From NCBI GenBank assembly GCA_964528025.1, contig CAZGOZ010000001.1, positions 4,398 to 68,397 of the forward strand: a stretch of DNA of 64,000 nucleotides. Direction: 5' to 3'. Position 1 is the stretch's first letter. Each line of letters begins with the position of its first letter. The position numbers and the translations under genes are program-made. The DNA comes from an uncultured Planctomycetia bacterium (GTDB lineage Bacteria; Omnitrophota; Gorgyraeia; Tantalellales; Tantalellaceae). Shown here in pieces: positions 61,781-64,000 of this stretch. Below the pieces are notes generated by a model that searched no databases, was not told the origin of the DNA, and saw only the letters and a list, made by a program, of their open reading frames with translations.

Positions 61781-63755
61781 TTTTCCCTTCCTCTAATGTT
61801 TTCCGAAGTTCCGCAATCTGATCACGAAAGAATATTGCCTTTTCAAACTGCAGATTCCTCGCCGCCTTTTCCATTTCTCCTTCCAACTCGGACATGACTT
61901 CAAGAATATCATATTCTGCGTCACTTTCACCGGTAACTTCTTGCGTTATCTCTCGCGCAAGTTTATGGGTTTCTATTCCACCTTTTATCTCATTCCTGAT
62001 CGTTGCCGGCGTGATAGAGTTTTCCTCATTGAACACAAGCTGTTTTTTTCTGCGCGCATCCGTGATATCAATGGTTTTTCTCATTGAATCGGTTATACGA
62101 TCGGCATAGAGCAGCACCGTGCCGTTCACGTTTCTCGCTGCCCTGCCGGCCACCTGTATGAGCGCCGTCCAACTGCGCAGAAAACCCTCTTTATCGGCGT
62201 CAAGAACCGCCACGAGAGATACCTCCGGTATATCCAGTCCTTCCCGGAGCAGGTTAATTCCGACTAAACAATCAAATTTCCCCCGTCTTAGATCTCTCAA
62301 TATCTCCACCCGGTCAAGCGCTTTTATCTCCGAATGAAGATACCTAACCCTCAGCTTCAACTCCGAAAGAAATCGCGCAAGTTCCTCTGCCATTCTCTTT
62401 GTCAGCGTGGTCACGAGAGACCTCTCGCCCTTGGCGGCGCGTTTGCGAATCTCCTCCGCCAGATCATAGACCTGACCTTCCGTCGGCCGCACCGTAATCG
62501 GCGGATCAAGCAATCCCGTCGGCCGTATAATCTGTTCCGCCATGACCGGGCTTCTTGAAATCTCATACTCACTCGGCGTGGCCGAAACAAAGAGAATCTG
62601 TTTTGACTTTTCCATGAATTCCTCAAACTTCAGAGGCCTGTTGTCCAGAGCGGAAGGCAGACGAAACCCGTAATCCACGAGTGTCTGTTTGCGCGCGCGA
62701 TCCCCGTTATACATCGCGCGCAGCTGAGGAAGGGCCACATGGGATTCGTCTATGATAACCAGAAAATCATCGCCAAAATAATCAAGCAGACACCACGGAC
62801 GGCTTCCGGGGGGCCTGGCCGAAATATGCCGCGAATAGTTCTCAATACCGTTACAATATCCCAACTCGCTCAGCATATCCAGATCATACCTCGTACGCGT
62901 CCCAAGCCGCTGAGCCTCCAGAAACTTCTCTTCTTTCTTAAGTTCGTGAAGACGTTCTTCCAGCTCCGAGGATATCGTTTTTACGGCTTTTTTTATCCTG
63001 TCCGGGCCGGTAACGAAATGCTTTGCGGGATAAACAGCTACTTTATCAAGAGCAGCAAGTATATCCCCCGATACCGGATGTATCTCGGATATACGCGTAA
63101 CCACATCATCGGAAAATTCTATCCGGAAAGCCGTTTGTTTATATGCCGGAAACACCTCAACCGTCCCACCGCGGACCCGGAACATGCTGCGCTGAAGATC
63201 CGTATCGTTGCGCGTATACTGAATCGCTACCAGTTTTTCAAGAAACTCCCTTCTGGTCATCCGTTGGGACAGTTCCACCCGCGCCAGCATTGTTGAATAG
63301 TCCTCCGGCGAACCGAGACCATAAATGCATGAAACACTTGCCACCACCAGAACATCGCTTCGTGAAAAAAGAGAACTCGTCGTTGAAAGCCGCAGGCGGT
63401 CAATGTCCTCGTTGATTGAAGAGTCCTTCTCTATATACACGTCGGTCTGTGGAACATATGCCTCCGGCTGATAATAATCGTAGTAACTAACAAAATACTC
63501 AACGGCATTCCGCGGAAAAAACGCCTTGAATTCCGAGTAAAGCTGCGCCGCGAGCGTCTTATTATGAGAAATAACCAGAGTGGGCCTGTTAAGCTGTTCC
63601 ACGATGTTGCCCATCGTGAAGGTCTTACCGCTGCCAGTAACTCCCTGAAGGGTCTGAAAAGGGTTCTTTTTTCGGATAGAAGCGGTAATCTTCTTGATTG
63701 CATCCGGCTGATCCCCCGCCGGTTTCAAGTTGGTTATAAGTTGGAATTTTTCCAT
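61773..63755 (-). CDS. uvrB: Excinuclease ABC subunit B
   Basis: GVTGSGKTFT, YYDYYQPEAY, DESH, LLREGLD; start 63755. Confidence 0.98.
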   Translation of the reverse strand: MEKFQLITNLKPAGDQPDAIKKITASIRKKNPFQTLQGVTGSGKTFTMGNIVEQLNRPTLVISHNKTLAAQLYSEFKAFFPRNAVEYFVSYYDYYQPEAYVPQTDVYIEKDSSINEDIDRLRLSTTSSLFSRSDVLVVASVSCIYGLGSPEDYSTMLARVELSQRMTRREFLEKLVAIQYTRNDTDLQRSMFRVRGGTVEVFPAYKQTAFRIEFSDDVVTRISEIHPVSGDILAALDKVAVYPAKHFVTGPDRIKKAVKTISSELEERLHELKKEEKFLEAQRLGTRTRYDLDMLSELGYCNGIENYSRHISARPPGSRPWCLLDYFGDDFLVIIDESHVALPQLRAMYNGDRARKQTLVDYGFRLPSALDNRPLKFEEFMEKSKQILFVSATPSEYEISRSPVMAEQIIRPTGLLDPPITVRPTEGQVYDLAEEIRKRAAKGERSLVTTLTKRMAEELARFLSELKLRVRYLHSEIKALDRVEILRDLRRGKFDCLVGINLLREGLDIPEVSLVAVLDADKEGFLRSWTALIQVAGRAARNVNGTVLLYADRITDSMRKTIDITDARRKKQLVFNEENSITPATIRNEIKGGIETHKLAREITQEVTGESDAEYDILEVMSELEGEMEKAARNLQFEKAIFFRDQIAELRKTLEEGKNE

Positions 63756-63840
63756 TGGATTAAAATTAAAAGACGCAGGGCGGGGAAACCCCGCCCCTAC
63801 ATGTTTCATCCTTCGTTTCGGGCGGGCACAAGGCCCGCCC

Positions 63841-64000
63841 CTACATTATTTCTAAACTGAAATCAAGCGGTGATATGGTGGAAGTCAGGGCACCGATTGA
63901 GATGATATCAACGCCTGTTTTCGCGTAACTCTTGATGTTTTTATTTGTAATGCCTCCCGAGGCCTCGTATAGCACTTTTTTTGCGAGACCCATCTTTTGC
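63841..64000 (-). CDS. nadC: Quinolinate phosphoribosyltransferase, 3' part only
   Basis: Manual translation ...YEASGGIT...TGVDIISIGALT...LDFSLEIM*. Confidence 0.9.
   Translation of the reverse strand, partial: QKMGLAKKVLYEASGGITNKNIKSYAKTGVDIISIGALTSTISPLDFSLEIM

Overview
Chromosomal window, almost all minus-strand, from a bacterium that gene order and protein style suggest is Candidatus Omnitrophota/PVC-like (inference, not verified). Core content is nth-mutL-mutS, the alpha/spc/S10/str ribosomal protein superoperon (rpmD absent), rpoBC, rplKAJL, nusG-secE, two identical tuf copies, five tRNAs, and a nadC-uvrB-queH-tilS-ftsH-folP-cdaA-cdaR-pdxJ-acpS-nnrD block. There are four main non-routine observations. 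(1) A >999-aa signal-peptide protein missing from the ORF track (2998 to beyond base 1) contains an intact-looking adenylate kinase domain about 59% identical to this genome's own adk. (2) A ~9.6-kb accessory region splits the Thr-Tyr-Gly-Thr-tufB cluster. It holds a 1381-aa modular exported protein (nucleotidyltransferase + HAD) and a Doc-type toxin-antitoxin pair, each bounded by 34-bp direct repeats, plus an RHH + DUF3800-like module and a candidate structured RNA. (3) Several families of 7-, 8- and 9-nt periodic inverted-repeat elements and REP palindromes occupy operon junctions and contribute C-termini, stop codons and possibly SD sequences to essential genes. (4) A small element duplicates the 3' end of tRNA-Gly.
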